A stretch of 64,000 nucleotides of DNA from an uncultured Clostridia bacterium (GCA_934141555.1 CAKPCK010000007.1:3155-67154); one strand, 5' to 3'; shown: positions 1-9,511, counted from the stretch's first letter. Notes: generated by a model not told the origin, from the letters alone. Translations and numbers: made by a program.

Positions 1-1395
1 GATCTTGATAAAGCTATAAGAATGGAATTTGAGTCTTACTGCACAGAAAAAGGATATAATGCAAATCTAATGGAAACTAGATATGCATGTGTAGATGATA
101 CAGATACTACGGAAAGAATAAGAGTAATAAATATTAGTGAAAGTTTAACAGAATTAAATAAAATTAATGAAAATTTAGGAGATAAAAAGTTAGAATCAAT
201 TTTGCCACTTCCTATGGTATTACCTAATATTGTTGAATTAAATGGAAAAGAAAATGTAATAATTGTTAATTTAGAACAAAATACAACAATAACAACAATA
301 CATGGTAAATATATTTTCGATATTCAAACAATGGAAGAGGGAAGTGCCACAATATTAGAAAATATATCAAAAAAAGAAAATTCACTTGCTAAATCATATG
401 AAATGTTGAAAAATACTACAATATATACAAGTAATTTAGAAACACAAGATTTAGAAGAAAACAATGAACAGATGAAATACTTGGAAGATATACTACCAAG
501 TTTATATTCAATTATTTCAAAAGTACAAGAAATTGCTAGCCAAAGTGTGGAAAGGATTGAAAAGATATATCTTACTGGAACATTAGCTAATATAAATAAT
601 ATAGATTTATATTTCCAAGAATATTTTGGTGAAAATACAAGATGTGAAATATTAAAACCATCAATTATAAAAAACAATTATAAAGATGAAAATATTAAAG
701 AATATATAGAAGTTAATTCTGCTATTTCATTAGCTCTTCAAGGATTAGGTAAAGGAATAAAAGGAATAAATTTCAAAAAAGATATTTTCAAAATGGATTT
801 GAAAGATATATTTAGTTCAAAAACTTTAAAATTACCAAAAAAATCAAAAAAAGATAAAAAAGAGTTTTATAGTTTTAGTGGAAAAATGACTAAAGATGAA
901 ACGTGGCTTGTGAGACTTTCAATGGCAAGTATTATTTTTATAATATCATATGTTATATTTTCTCAAGTTTTAGTTAAACAAATAAAACAAAAACAAGAAG
1001 AGGTAACAAGTGTAACGTCATCGATAAAAAGTGAAATTAATAAAATAGTTGCTGATACTGCAACATTAAATGGTAAAGCAACAAAATATTCAACATTAAT
1101 AGATCAATTAAATGAAATAAATCAAAAAATAAGTGCAGTTGCAGAAAATAAGTACTTGATACCAAATTTATTGGCACAAATAGCAAGGTCTATTGATAAT
1201 ACTGTTCAAATAACATCAATTTCAAATCCATATGATAAACATATAGTAATAGAAGCACAATCTAATGAATATCCAGGTTTAGGATATTTTAAAACAAAAT
1301 TAGACAAGAGTAATATATTACAGAATGTTGTAGCAGGAGGAGGAATAAAACAAGGAGATGTAATTACAGTAACGATAGAAGGTGATTTACCATGA
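1..1395 (+). CDS. pilM: Type IV pilus assembly protein: PilM-like actin-fold domain fused to a PilN-like membrane-anchored coiled-coil C-terminus (5' end probably cut by the window edge)
   Basis: The frame is open from nt 1 (DLDKAIR-MEFES...), so the ATG at 22 may be internal. KIYLTGTLANINNIDLYFQEYFG...VNSAISLALQGLG resembles the C-terminal part of PilM/FtsA-like proteins. A TM helix (WLVRLSMASIIFIISYVIFSQVLV) and coiled coil follow, as in PilN. ATGA overlap with the next gene at 1392. Lies in a pilus locus. Confidence 0.6.
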   Translation, partial: DLDKAIRMEFESYCTEKGYNANLMETRYACVDDTDTTERIRVINISESLTELNKINENLGDKKLESILPLPMVLPNIVELNGKENVIIVNLEQNTTITTIHGKYIFDIQTMEEGSATILENISKKENSLAKSYEMLKNTTIYTSNLETQDLEENNEQMKYLEDILPSLYSIISKVQEIASQSVERIEKIYLTGTLANINNIDLYFQEYFGENTRCEILKPSIIKNNYKDENIKEYIEVNSAISLALQGLGKGIKGINFKKDIFKMDLKDIFSSKTLKLPKKSKKDKKEFYSFSGKMTKDETWLVRLSMASIIFIISYVIFSQVLVKQIKQKQEEVTSVTSSIKSEINKIVADTATLNGKATKYSTLIDQLNEINQKISAVAENKYLIPNLLAQIARSIDNTVQITSISNPYDKHIVIEAQSNEYPGLGYFKTKLDKSNILQNVVAGGGIKQGDVITVTIEGDLP

Positions 1396-2111
1396 GAAAA
1401 ATATTAATATATATAGTTTCAATAGCTTTAGTAGTCGTAGCAGTACTAATGGTATGTAAAGGAGTGAGCTTGGGAGGAATACAAGTAAATAGTTATTCAG
1501 CCATATCAGAAGAAAACAAAAAATTAAATAATTTAATATCTGAGGCTAACAATCAAAAAGAAAGTGTTTATAATAAACGAAAAGAAGGATTAAATTCAGC
1601 TTATAAATTATTAGAGTCAAACAAAGAAAGCTATCAACAATTATTAGAAATAGGTGTTGACTCAAATGGAGTTCCATTAAGTAAAATTCAAGAATATGAA
1701 ATAGAAAAAATATGGATAGATATAGGAAATTATGCCAAAAAAGAAGGCGTTGATACTAAAATGGATATTACTGTAAATAATTCTGTATCTGGTACATATG
1801 ACTTGAATTTTACAGTTGTTGGAACTTATAGCAGTATAGAAGATTTTTTACGAGATCTACAGGGAGATAATACTCTTATATTTAAAATTGAAAATTTTAA
1901 ATTAGTAGCTGGAGGAGAAAATAATTCAGCTGATGCAGATAATTCTGAAAGTTTAACTGCAACATTTGTATGTAAAGATATAAAACTTAATATTGTAGAA
2001 AATACATCAACTGATGATAGCAATACAGATGGAAGTTCACAAACAACTACTCAATCAACAACTCAGGCAACAACATCATCAACTACTCAAAGTACAACAC
2101 AAACAAACTAA
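1392..2111 (+). CDS. PilO-like pilus assembly protein (N-terminal TM, coiled coil, globular domain, Thr/Ser/Gln-rich tail)
   Basis: Translationally coupled to the pilM/N gene. Has an N-terminal TM helix (ILIYIVSIALVVVAVLMVC) then a coiled coil, matching PilO position and topology. C-terminal tail is TSTDDSNTDGSSQTTTQSTTQATTSSTTQSTTQTN. Confidence 0.45.
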   Translation: MRKILIYIVSIALVVVAVLMVCKGVSLGGIQVNSYSAISEENKKLNNLISEANNQKESVYNKRKEGLNSAYKLLESNKESYQQLLEIGVDSNGVPLSKIQEYEIEKIWIDIGNYAKKEGVDTKMDITVNNSVSGTYDLNFTVVGTYSSIEDFLRDLQGDNTLIFKIENFKLVAGGENNSADADNSESLTATFVCKDIKLNIVENTSTDDSNTDGSSQTTTQSTTQATTSSTTQSTTQTN

Positions 2112-2142
2112 AATTAAATAATATTAGAAAGGAAGGATTATT

Positions 2143-2553
2143 ATGAATTGGATTAAAGAATTAATAATTTCATTATTAGTTTGTTTATTGGTTCTAATTG
2201 GACTAAGTTTCTTATTTTATAATTTTATTCCAAATAATAAAGTTATACCAGAAAAAATAGAATATAAAGCTAGTGATGAAATAAAAAAAGAACTTAATTC
2301 CGAAGTTGATAATAGTTCTGATAAGATTATTAAAACATATGAAATAACAGCAAGTGATTTGGAACAATATCAAAAGAATAATGAATATAATCCTGGCAAA
2401 AAAAATCCATTTGCACCAATATCACAAGAAAGTACTGAAGATAATACAACAGATTCAGATGGAACAAATTCAAGTGGAAGTTCTAATGGAGGTAGTTCAA
2501 ATAATACAAGCAATAATGGTGGTTCATTATTTGAGCCAGCTGGTACAAAATAG
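2143..2553 (+). CDS. Hypothetical membrane-anchored protein in the pilus locus (Ser/Asn/Gly-rich tail)
   Basis: RBS aaggaaggat lies upstream of the ATG. One N-terminal TM helix. Low-complexity tail DNTTDSDGTNSSGSSNGGSSNNTSNNGGS. I recognise no family. Confidence 0.4.
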   Translation: MNWIKELIISLLVCLLVLIGLSFLFYNFIPNNKVIPEKIEYKASDEIKKELNSEVDNSSDKIIKTYEITASDLEQYQKNNEYNPGKKNPFAPISQESTEDNTTDSDGTNSSGSSNGGSSNNTSNNGGSLFEPAGTK

Positions 2554-2606
2554 TTATTAAAATTTTAATATAAATCTTTGGACGAAAGAGAAAGGAGGGG
2601 GAGTTT

Positions 2607-3248
2607 TTGAAGAAAACAATTGGTATTTCAGCAACAAAAGTGCTTTTGATAATTGTTGCTATTCTTATAGTAGTATTACTTGTTCCTCAACTTTATAGAA
2701 AAATAAACAATAATAGTTCAGAAAACAATAAAAATTTATCAGAAAATTCTAAAAGAGAAGATGAAATAATACAAAATATTAGAAGTGCATTTGATACTAT
2801 TAGAGAAAAATTTATAATTAATGAGGCTACTATTGAAGGATACCAACCAGTAGAAACACATACAAATGATGAAGGTGTTGAAACAGGAACAGCTTTTGAT
2901 TTAAAAAATATGATAATTTCTAGTTTAGGAGAAAATACAGTAGATGAATCAAAAGATAACGTGATAGATCATTTTAGTTTAGATATGTTTATAAAAGATG
3001 AAGGACAAGTTGTTGAACTTAGTGATGGATATCATGTATATTTAAGTAATGGAGAAGAGGAAAATGAAAAATTTATAACAATTGTTTATAAAGATTCAGT
3101 ATTTGAGCATGGAATGGCACATTATGATACTGAAAATAATTTAGTTATAGATAAAACCAATGATACTTATCCAGTACTTGTGGCTCAAATAAGATTGTCA
3201 AATGATGATGTTGCATATTATTTAGAGCCAGTAAAAAGTGTAAAATAA
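2607..3248 (+). CDS. Hypothetical membrane-anchored protein in the pilus locus (possible pseudopilin-like N-terminus)
   Basis: Strong RBS aaaggaggggg before a TTG start. The N-terminus MKKTIGISATKVLLIIVAILIVVLLV is hydrophobic and loosely pilin-like (G-I-S) but has no acidic +5 residue. Confidence 0.4.
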   Translation: MKKTIGISATKVLLIIVAILIVVLLVPQLYRKINNNSSENNKNLSENSKREDEIIQNIRSAFDTIREKFIINEATIEGYQPVETHTNDEGVETGTAFDLKNMIISSLGENTVDESKDNVIDHFSLDMFIKDEGQVVELSDGYHVYLSNGEEENEKFITIVYKDSVFEHGMAHYDTENNLVIDKTNDTYPVLVAQIRLSNDDVAYYLEPVKSVK

Positions 3249-3279
3249 AATTTTTAAAAATTGAAAGGAAGAAAAAATT

Positions 3280-3849
3280 ATGAAAAAGAATCAAAATGGT
3301 GTAACACTTATTGCATTAGCTGTTACAATTATAGTAATGTTAATATTAGCAGGAGTAACAATGGCTACTCTAACAGGAGATACAGGAATAATAACACAAT
3401 CAAGAAGAACTGCAGCAGCAAGTACAGAAGGAACTGTAAAAGAAAATATGAGTGCAGCTTTTACATCTGTATCAATGGAAGTACAAACAGAAAGAGCAGT
3501 AAGTGCAGCATATAGTGCAGAAGATCATATTAGTGAATATTTGCAAATAGCAGCAGACCAAATCGGAAAAGATGTAGTAATTGATACTGCAACAACTCTT
3601 ACAGAAGGAAAATCAATAAGTGATTTAGCTTCTAATAAAGGAAAATATACTGTATATGTAGTAAAAAAAGATAGTAAAAGTTATATTTATATAGATTATA
3701 TTGATAATACATTTTGTTTAACAGCTAATACAACTTCAGCAACAAAAACAAAAGCAACAAACAAAAATGAATATCCAATGTTAAGAGCAAAAATCTTATT
3801 TGAAACAAACTCAGTATCATTAGATGGGCCTTATACAAATGCTATATAG
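3280..3849 (+). CDS. pilA: Type IV pilin (probable major pilin) with a non-canonical prepilin N-terminus
   Basis: MKKNQNG|VTLIALAVTIIVMLILAGV has a short basic leader ending in Gly followed by a ~20-residue hydrophobic helix. RBS gaaaggaag. Strong hairpin directly downstream. Lies in the pilus locus. Position +5 is Ala, not Glu. Confidence 0.7.
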   Translation: MKKNQNGVTLIALAVTIIVMLILAGVTMATLTGDTGIITQSRRTAAASTEGTVKENMSAAFTSVSMEVQTERAVSAAYSAEDHISEYLQIAADQIGKDVVIDTATTLTEGKSISDLASNKGKYTVYVVKKDSKSYIYIDYIDNTFCLTANTTSATKTKATNKNEYPMLRAKILFETNSVSLDGPYTNAI

Positions 3850-3870
3850 TAATGGAAAATAATTAAAACA

Positions 3871-3898
3871 TCAGGCATATACATTTGTATATGCCTGA
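3871..3898 (+). terminator. Stem-loop after the pilin gene (11-bp perfect stem tcaggcatata/tatatgcctga)
   Basis: The inverted repeat is read directly. No clear U-tract follows, so it may be an attenuator or stabiliser rather than a full terminator. Confidence 0.4.
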
Positions 3899-3971
3899 AC
3901 TAATATAATGAGAAATACAATAGAAAAATAGCAGAGAGGAGAAAGTTAGTTTTTAACTAACCAAAAGAGAA

Positions 3972-4772
3972 ATGAACATATTTTTATATGCAATAATTTT
4001 TATATGTGGTACAATGTTTGGAAGTTTTTATACATTAGCAGTATATAGAATTCCAAAAAATATTGATATAGTAAAAAAACATTCATATTGTCCAAATTGT
4101 AATCACAAATTAGGATTTTTTGATTTACTACCAATATTAAGTTATATATTCCTAGGAGGTAAATGTAGATATTGTAAACAAAAAATAAGGCCTAGATATT
4201 TGATTTTAGAAGTATTAAGTGGAATTGCATTTGTATTATTGGCTTTAGTATTGAAAGTAAATGTTTATACAATAACATTTAAATCTATAATACCTTTTAT
4301 ATTTATGGTATTATATTTTACTGCAATTGTTTTAATATCAGCAATAGATAAGGAATATAGAAATATTAATAAAAAAGTTCTTGCATATGGAATAATTATA
4401 TCTCTTTTATATATGATATATCTATATGTAATAGAACCAATTAGTATATATAGATATGCCATATATTTGGCAATATATATAATTTTATTAATTATAAATA
4501 CATTTATATTAAGAAGATTTGCAAAAGATGAATATTTAATTGACTTATTAATGTATTTTATGATAATGATGATGTTTATGGAAGGATTGATTTCACTTAT
4601 AACATTAATCATATTTGGTTTTGAAATATTGTTATATATTTTTCTAAAAAATAAGAAAAAGGCTAGAAATGGTAATGTACCAATTAAAATTGAACAAATT
4701 CCATTTGGATATTTTTTAGGTGTTAGTAATATAATTACAATATTGGTTATGTGTATATTAAATTTAATTTGA
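3972..4772 (+). CDS. Prepilin peptidase-like membrane protein (A24 family, divergent)
   Basis: The N-terminal Cys motif CPNCNHKL...GGKCRYCKQKI is typical of PilD N-terminal domains. SAIDKEY is a candidate first Asp and IPFGYFLG a C-terminal motif. The canonical GxGD(V/I)K motif is not recognisable (closest is YLIDLLM). Confidence 0.6.
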   Translation: MNIFLYAIIFICGTMFGSFYTLAVYRIPKNIDIVKKHSYCPNCNHKLGFFDLLPILSYIFLGGKCRYCKQKIRPRYLILEVLSGIAFVLLALVLKVNVYTITFKSIIPFIFMVLYFTAIVLISAIDKEYRNINKKVLAYGIIISLLYMIYLYVIEPISIYRYAIYLAIYIILLIINTFILRRFAKDEYLIDLLMYFMIMMMFMEGLISLITLIIFGFEILLYIFLKNKKKARNGNVPIKIEQIPFGYFLGVSNIITILVMCILNLI

Positions 4773-4787
4773 GTTTAGGAGGAAATA

Positions 4788-5204
4788 ATGAAATCTGAGA
4801 AAGGTATATCACTAGTATCATTAATTATATATTTAATAGTTATGACTATAGTTGTTACTATTATTGCAAGGATTTCAACATATTTCTATAAAAATGTAAG
4901 TTCTACAGATTCTAATTTGGAGCAAAATGAACAGCTTGTAAAATTCAATGCATTTATTACTAAAGAAATAAATATACAAGATAATAGAGTTAATGATATA
5001 GGAGATAATGGAAAATATATTATATTTAATAAAACCAAAAATCAATATACATTCGAAAATGGGGCTCTCTATATAAATAAAGTCAAGATTTGTTCAAAGA
5101 TAAATACTAATGACTCCAAATTTGATATAAATGGTGATGTTGTAATAGTATATTTAACTATGGAAAACGGAACAAGGTTTACAAATTGTTATAAAATAAA
5201 TTAA
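4788..5204 (+). CDS. Minor pilin / pseudopilin-like protein
   Basis: MKSEKG|ISLVSLIIYLIVMTIVVTII has a short basic leader, a Gly, then a hydrophobic helix. RBS taggagga. Sits between the peptidase-like gene and pilB. Confidence 0.5.
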   Translation: MKSEKGISLVSLIIYLIVMTIVVTIIARISTYFYKNVSSTDSNLEQNEQLVKFNAFITKEINIQDNRVNDIGDNGKYIIFNKTKNQYTFENGALYINKVKICSKINTNDSKFDINGDVVIVYLTMENGTRFTNCYKIN

Positions 5205-5217
5205 TAGAAAGGATAAA

Positions 5218-6891
5218 ATGTTAGTAAATCCTAACAGGTACAAAAGTAAAATGGCATTTGGAAAACGTCAACCAATTGGGGTTGAACTTGTTAAAAGGGG
5301 AATAATTACAGAGGAAGATGTACAAAGAGCTTTATTAGAGCAAAAGAAAAATCCAAATAAAAAACTTGGAGAAATAATTAAAGAAATGGATATATGTGAT
5401 CCTAGAGTATTAATTCAATCAATAGGTGAAATTTTAGGAGTTAAAGGAGTAATTTTAACACCAGAATCAGTTAAAGTTAATATTTTAGATTTTATATCAC
5501 TAGAAATGGCTAAAAAGTATCATGTTGTACCATTTGAAGTTGAAAATGGCAAAGTTAAAGTTTGTTTTTCTGATACAACAAATAAAAGAAATTATGATGC
5601 AATAAAAATGTTAATGTTAAATAGAGGATTACTTATTGATCCATATATTACTTATATATCACTAATAGATAATATATTAAGCAATATTGGTGGAGAAACA
5701 AATGAAAAAAATATGGCTCAAATAGGACAAGAAGAAAATATAACAGAATTAGTTGATTCTATTATAAAAACTGGTATGAAAAAAAGAGCAAGTGATATAC
5801 ATATTGAACCACAAAAAGATGAGATTAGAGTAAGATACAGAATAGATGGTGAATTATTTTTAGCAACAAAAATTTCTAAAGATAAATTACCACAAATAGT
5901 TGGAAGATTAAAAGCAATCTCAAATATGCATCAAGAAAAACAAGAATCACAAGATGGTAGAATTTTGTTATATGATGATTATAATATACGTGTTTCTTCA
6001 CAAAGAAATGTTTGTGGTGAAAAATTTGTATTAAGATTGTTAAAGAAAAATAACTCAATTCAAAGCATATTTGATTTAGGTTATCCAGGGACACCAGAGG
6101 AATTAGACAAAAGCATTGATAAAAGAAATAGTATTACAGTAATAGCTGCACCAACTGGAGAAGGAAAAACAACATCATTATATAGTATGTTAGATTATTT
6201 AAATAAACCAAATATAAATGTTACAACAATTGAAGACCCAGTAGAAATTCGTATACCAGGATTAAACCAAATAGAAGTAGATGCAAAATCAACATTTTCA
6301 GATAATTTGAGAACAATCTTAAGACAAGACCCTGATATTATACTTGTTGGAGAGATCAGAGATAAAGAAACAGCAGAAATTGCTATGCAAGCTGGACAAA
6401 CAGGTCATTATGTATTATCAACAATACATACAATAGATGCAATTGAAGTTATAACTAGATTAAGGAAAATAGGAATATCTGATTATGATATTGCAAGTAC
6501 ATTAGCAACAGCAATTTCTCAAAGACTAGTAAGAAGAGTATGCCCAAATTGTAGAAAAGAAAGAAAATTTAACGATCAAGAGAAAAAGATTATAAATTCT
6601 GTTGCTGAAAAATATAATGTGAAATTTGATTTAGATAAAGCAAAAACATATGATGCTGTAGGTTGTTCAAAGTGTAATAATTCTGGATATGTAGGAAGAA
6701 TTGCAGTTTTTGAAATTCTTAATTTAGATGATGAAGTAAAAGAATTAGTAATGAATGGGGCATCAAGTATTGAAATAAGAAAGAATGCTTTACAAAGAAC
6801 TTATAGACCACTTATAGTTGATGGAATAAGAAAAGTTGTTAATGGAATAACTACTTTAGAAGAATTAAATAGAAAATTAAAAGTTTTTTAA
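5218..6891 (+). CDS. pilB: Type IV pilus assembly ATPase PilB (GspE family)
   Basis: N-terminal GspE_N/MshEN-like domain; ASDIHIEP; Walker A APTGEGKTT; TIEDPVE; Walker B/His box DPDIILVGEIRD...STIHT; tetra-Cys CPNC...CSKC. Confidence 0.9.
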   Translation: MLVNPNRYKSKMAFGKRQPIGVELVKRGIITEEDVQRALLEQKKNPNKKLGEIIKEMDICDPRVLIQSIGEILGVKGVILTPESVKVNILDFISLEMAKKYHVVPFEVENGKVKVCFSDTTNKRNYDAIKMLMLNRGLLIDPYITYISLIDNILSNIGGETNEKNMAQIGQEENITELVDSIIKTGMKKRASDIHIEPQKDEIRVRYRIDGELFLATKISKDKLPQIVGRLKAISNMHQEKQESQDGRILLYDDYNIRVSSQRNVCGEKFVLRLLKKNNSIQSIFDLGYPGTPEELDKSIDKRNSITVIAAPTGEGKTTSLYSMLDYLNKPNINVTTIEDPVEIRIPGLNQIEVDAKSTFSDNLRTILRQDPDIILVGEIRDKETAEIAMQAGQTGHYVLSTIHTIDAIEVITRLRKIGISDYDIASTLATAISQRLVRRVCPNCRKERKFNDQEKKIINSVAEKYNVKFDLDKAKTYDAVGCSKCNNSGYVGRIAVFEILNLDDEVKELVMNGASSIEIRKNALQRTYRPLIVDGIRKVVNGITTLEELNRKLKVF

Positions 6892-6916
6892 ATTTGATTA
6901 ACAGGGAGAGGAAAAT

Positions 6917-8047
6917 ATGATAGATGTAGATAAAATTATTAGAGCTGCTATAAAAAAAGGAGCGTCAGATATTCATTTAGTATCTGGTCAACATCCTATA
7001 TTTAGAGTATCAAAAGCACTAATTAATTATGAAGAAGTTCCAGAATTAAAAGAAGAAGATATGTTTGAAATATCTGATTTTATGATAAATGGAAATATAG
7101 ATAAGGCTAAAATGTATGATGAAACGAGAAAACTAGATACTTCTTATGTGTGTGATGGAATACGTCTAAGGGTAAATGCTTCATATGCTAATGAAATTCC
7201 AGTATTTACAATGAGAATTATAAAAAATGAATTACCTCCTTTTGAAGCTTTAGGAGTACCTGATGTTGTAAGAAGAATGACATATCAACCACAAGGGTTG
7301 ATATTAGTTACAGGTAAAACAAACTCTGGTAAATCAACAACACTTAGTGCATTAATTGCACATATAAATGAAACACAAAATAAGAAAATATTAACACTAG
7401 AAAGTCCGATAGAATATATGCATAAATCTAAGAACTCATTAATAATTCAAAAAGAAGTAGGAAGTGGACGTGATTGCTTAACATATCATGATGGTGTAAA
7501 AAATGCTTTAAGAGAGGATTGTGATATATTAGTAATAGGAGAAATTAGAGATAAGATAACAATGGAAGCTGCAATTGAAATGGCAGAATCAGGACATTTA
7601 GTAATAGGAACATTACATACAAAATCTTGTGCAGAAACAATAGATAGAATGATAAACTTCTATGAGGTTAGAGATCAGGCACAAATAAAATATTTACTAT
7701 CATCATTATTAAAATTGGTTGTTTCTCAAAGGTTATTACAAGGAAAAAATGAAAAAATGGTATTAATTCCAGAAGTAATGGTGGTTGATAATGTTGTATC
7801 AGGTGTTATAAGAAGAGATAAGATAAGCGTTTCTGAAATAGAAGATGCTATACAGAGTGCAACTGATAAAGGTAGTGTAAGTTTAATTACTTCACTTGCA
7901 CAATTATTTATAGATGATAAAATTACATTAGAACAAGCTAAAGGACAAATAGAAGAAAAAAATATTGAAATATTAAATAGAACAATTATGCAATTAAAAA
8001 TTAAACAAGGTAAAAATGGGATGATGTACATGAATAAAAACAACTAG
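6917..8047 (+). CDS. pilT: Twitching-motility retraction ATPase PilT
   Basis: GASDIHL; Walker A GKTNSGKSTT; LESPIEY; DILVIGEIRD; GHLVIGTLHT. About 375 aa with no GspE_N domain. Confidence 0.9.
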   Translation: MIDVDKIIRAAIKKGASDIHLVSGQHPIFRVSKALINYEEVPELKEEDMFEISDFMINGNIDKAKMYDETRKLDTSYVCDGIRLRVNASYANEIPVFTMRIIKNELPPFEALGVPDVVRRMTYQPQGLILVTGKTNSGKSTTLSALIAHINETQNKKILTLESPIEYMHKSKNSLIIQKEVGSGRDCLTYHDGVKNALREDCDILVIGEIRDKITMEAAIEMAESGHLVIGTLHTKSCAETIDRMINFYEVRDQAQIKYLLSSLLKLVVSQRLLQGKNEKMVLIPEVMVVDNVVSGVIRRDKISVSEIEDAIQSATDKGSVSLITSLAQLFIDDKITLEQAKGQIEEKNIEILNRTIMQLKIKQGKNGMMYMNKNN

Positions 8048-8059
8048 AAGGAGGAGAAA

Positions 8060-9412
8060 ATGCCAGTATATAAATATAAAGGAATTACAGATAAGGGATT
8101 AGTTGTAAGTAATACAATTGAAGCAGAGAGCAAACAAAAAGTAATATTACAATTAAAAGAAAATGGAATAACCCCCATTGAAATATTACAAAGAGGTTTG
8201 ACATTAAATAAGAAAAAACCTAGAAGAAATATGGCTCAGAGCAAAGAAATATTTAAAGAAGTAAGTGTTGCACAAGTTTCAACTCAAAATAGTAAATCAA
8301 AAACCAAATCAGAAATTTCAGAAAGAATGAGTAGATATTTTGAAGTAACAAAAAAAATAACAACAAGAGATATTGTAATATTTACGCAAGATTTATATTT
8401 GTTGAAAAAAGCTAATTTTAACAATATACATGCATTATCAACTATTATCCAAACAACTGAAAATCCATCATTTAAAGGAATATTAGAAGATATTTTAGCA
8501 GGACTAGAATCAGGGGAATATATGTATACCACAATGGAGTATTATTCAGATGTATTTCCATATATATATACTAATATGGTAAAAGTAGGTGAGTTATCAG
8601 GTTCTTTAATGAATTCTTTAGATCAAGCTGTAAGATATCTAGAAGAATCTACAGAATTAACAAAGAAAATCAAGAAGATATTAATACCTAATATTTTACA
8701 ATTTGTTGGAATATTAGTCTTATTAGTAGCTGGAACATTGATAGCTGTACCACAAATCCAAAACTTGTTTGATGAGATGGGATCAAGTGCTCAATTACCT
8801 AAATTAACAATTTGGTTTAAGAATTTTCTTGATAAATTTTTCATATATTGGCCTATTCCAACAGCTATAATAGCTGGAATAGCAGGTGTAATAATATTTT
8901 ATATTAATACTCCAAGAGGAAGATATAATTTTCATTATTTTAAATATACAATGCCGATTTTTGGAAATTTAATATTCTTATTAGATTTTTCAAGATTCAT
9001 TCAGGCGCTTGAATTAAATATATCAAATGGTATGAGAATTCAAGAGGCATTAGATGTTAGTAAAAATATTACTAACAATCAAGTAATGTTAGCAATAATA
9101 GAAACATCTATGAATAATATGCTTACTGGTAATTCATGGATACAACCATTTGAAGATTCTGGATTGTGTTCTGCAATGCATACTGAAATGTTAAAAATAG
9201 GTATGCAAACAGATTTACCAGAAATGTTGAGAAAACTTAATGAGTATATGACTATGGATATAAAAAATGCAATAGATAAAATTACAGCAATATTACCACA
9301 AGTTGTTTATTCATTTGTTGGTGCTTTCTTAATTTTCTTCGTATGTGTAGTATTAGTTCCTGTTATCCAAGTTTATATGGGTGGATTTATGTTTGAAGGA
9401 ACAGGTGTATAA
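8060..9412 (+). CDS. pilC: Type IV pilus platform protein PilC (GspF family)
   Basis: Two GspF-like repeats with three or more TM segments. Directly follows pilB/pilT. Confidence 0.85.
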   Translation: MPVYKYKGITDKGLVVSNTIEAESKQKVILQLKENGITPIEILQRGLTLNKKKPRRNMAQSKEIFKEVSVAQVSTQNSKSKTKSEISERMSRYFEVTKKITTRDIVIFTQDLYLLKKANFNNIHALSTIIQTTENPSFKGILEDILAGLESGEYMYTTMEYYSDVFPYIYTNMVKVGELSGSLMNSLDQAVRYLEESTELTKKIKKILIPNILQFVGILVLLVAGTLIAVPQIQNLFDEMGSSAQLPKLTIWFKNFLDKFFIYWPIPTAIIAGIAGVIIFYINTPRGRYNFHYFKYTMPIFGNLIFLLDFSRFIQALELNISNGMRIQEALDVSKNITNNQVMLAIIETSMNNMLTGNSWIQPFEDSGLCSAMHTEMLKIGMQTDLPEMLRKLNEYMTMDIKNAIDKITAILPQVVYSFVGAFLIFFVCVVLVPVIQVYMGGFMFEGTGV

Positions 9413-9433
9413 AATTAAAAAGTTAAAAGTAAT

Positions 9434-9467
9434 GGGGAATAGAAAAATTCCTCATTATTTATTTTTT
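9434..9467 (+). terminator. Intrinsic terminator after pilC
   Basis: Stem ggggaat/attcctc (7 bp including one G-U), 6-nt loop, then a T-rich run attatttatttttt. Confidence 0.5.
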
Positions 9468-9472
9468 CTTAC

Positions 9473-9500
9473 TAAAAAAACTCGGAAATAAAATTCCGAG
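9473..9500 (-). terminator. Intrinsic terminator after rpsI (bidirectional hairpin)
   Basis: Stem ctcggaa/ttccgag, with an A-run on the + strand (a U-tract for the minus transcript) and tttt on the other side. Confidence 0.6.
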
Positions 9501-9511
9501 TTTTGTATTTT

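Noticed and set aside
3261-3515. 84-aa ORF overlapping the pilin gene start, and 2354-2560 overlapping the previous gene
   Set aside because: These are alternative frames of better-supported genes. The products are basic, low-complexity and lack independent RBSs.
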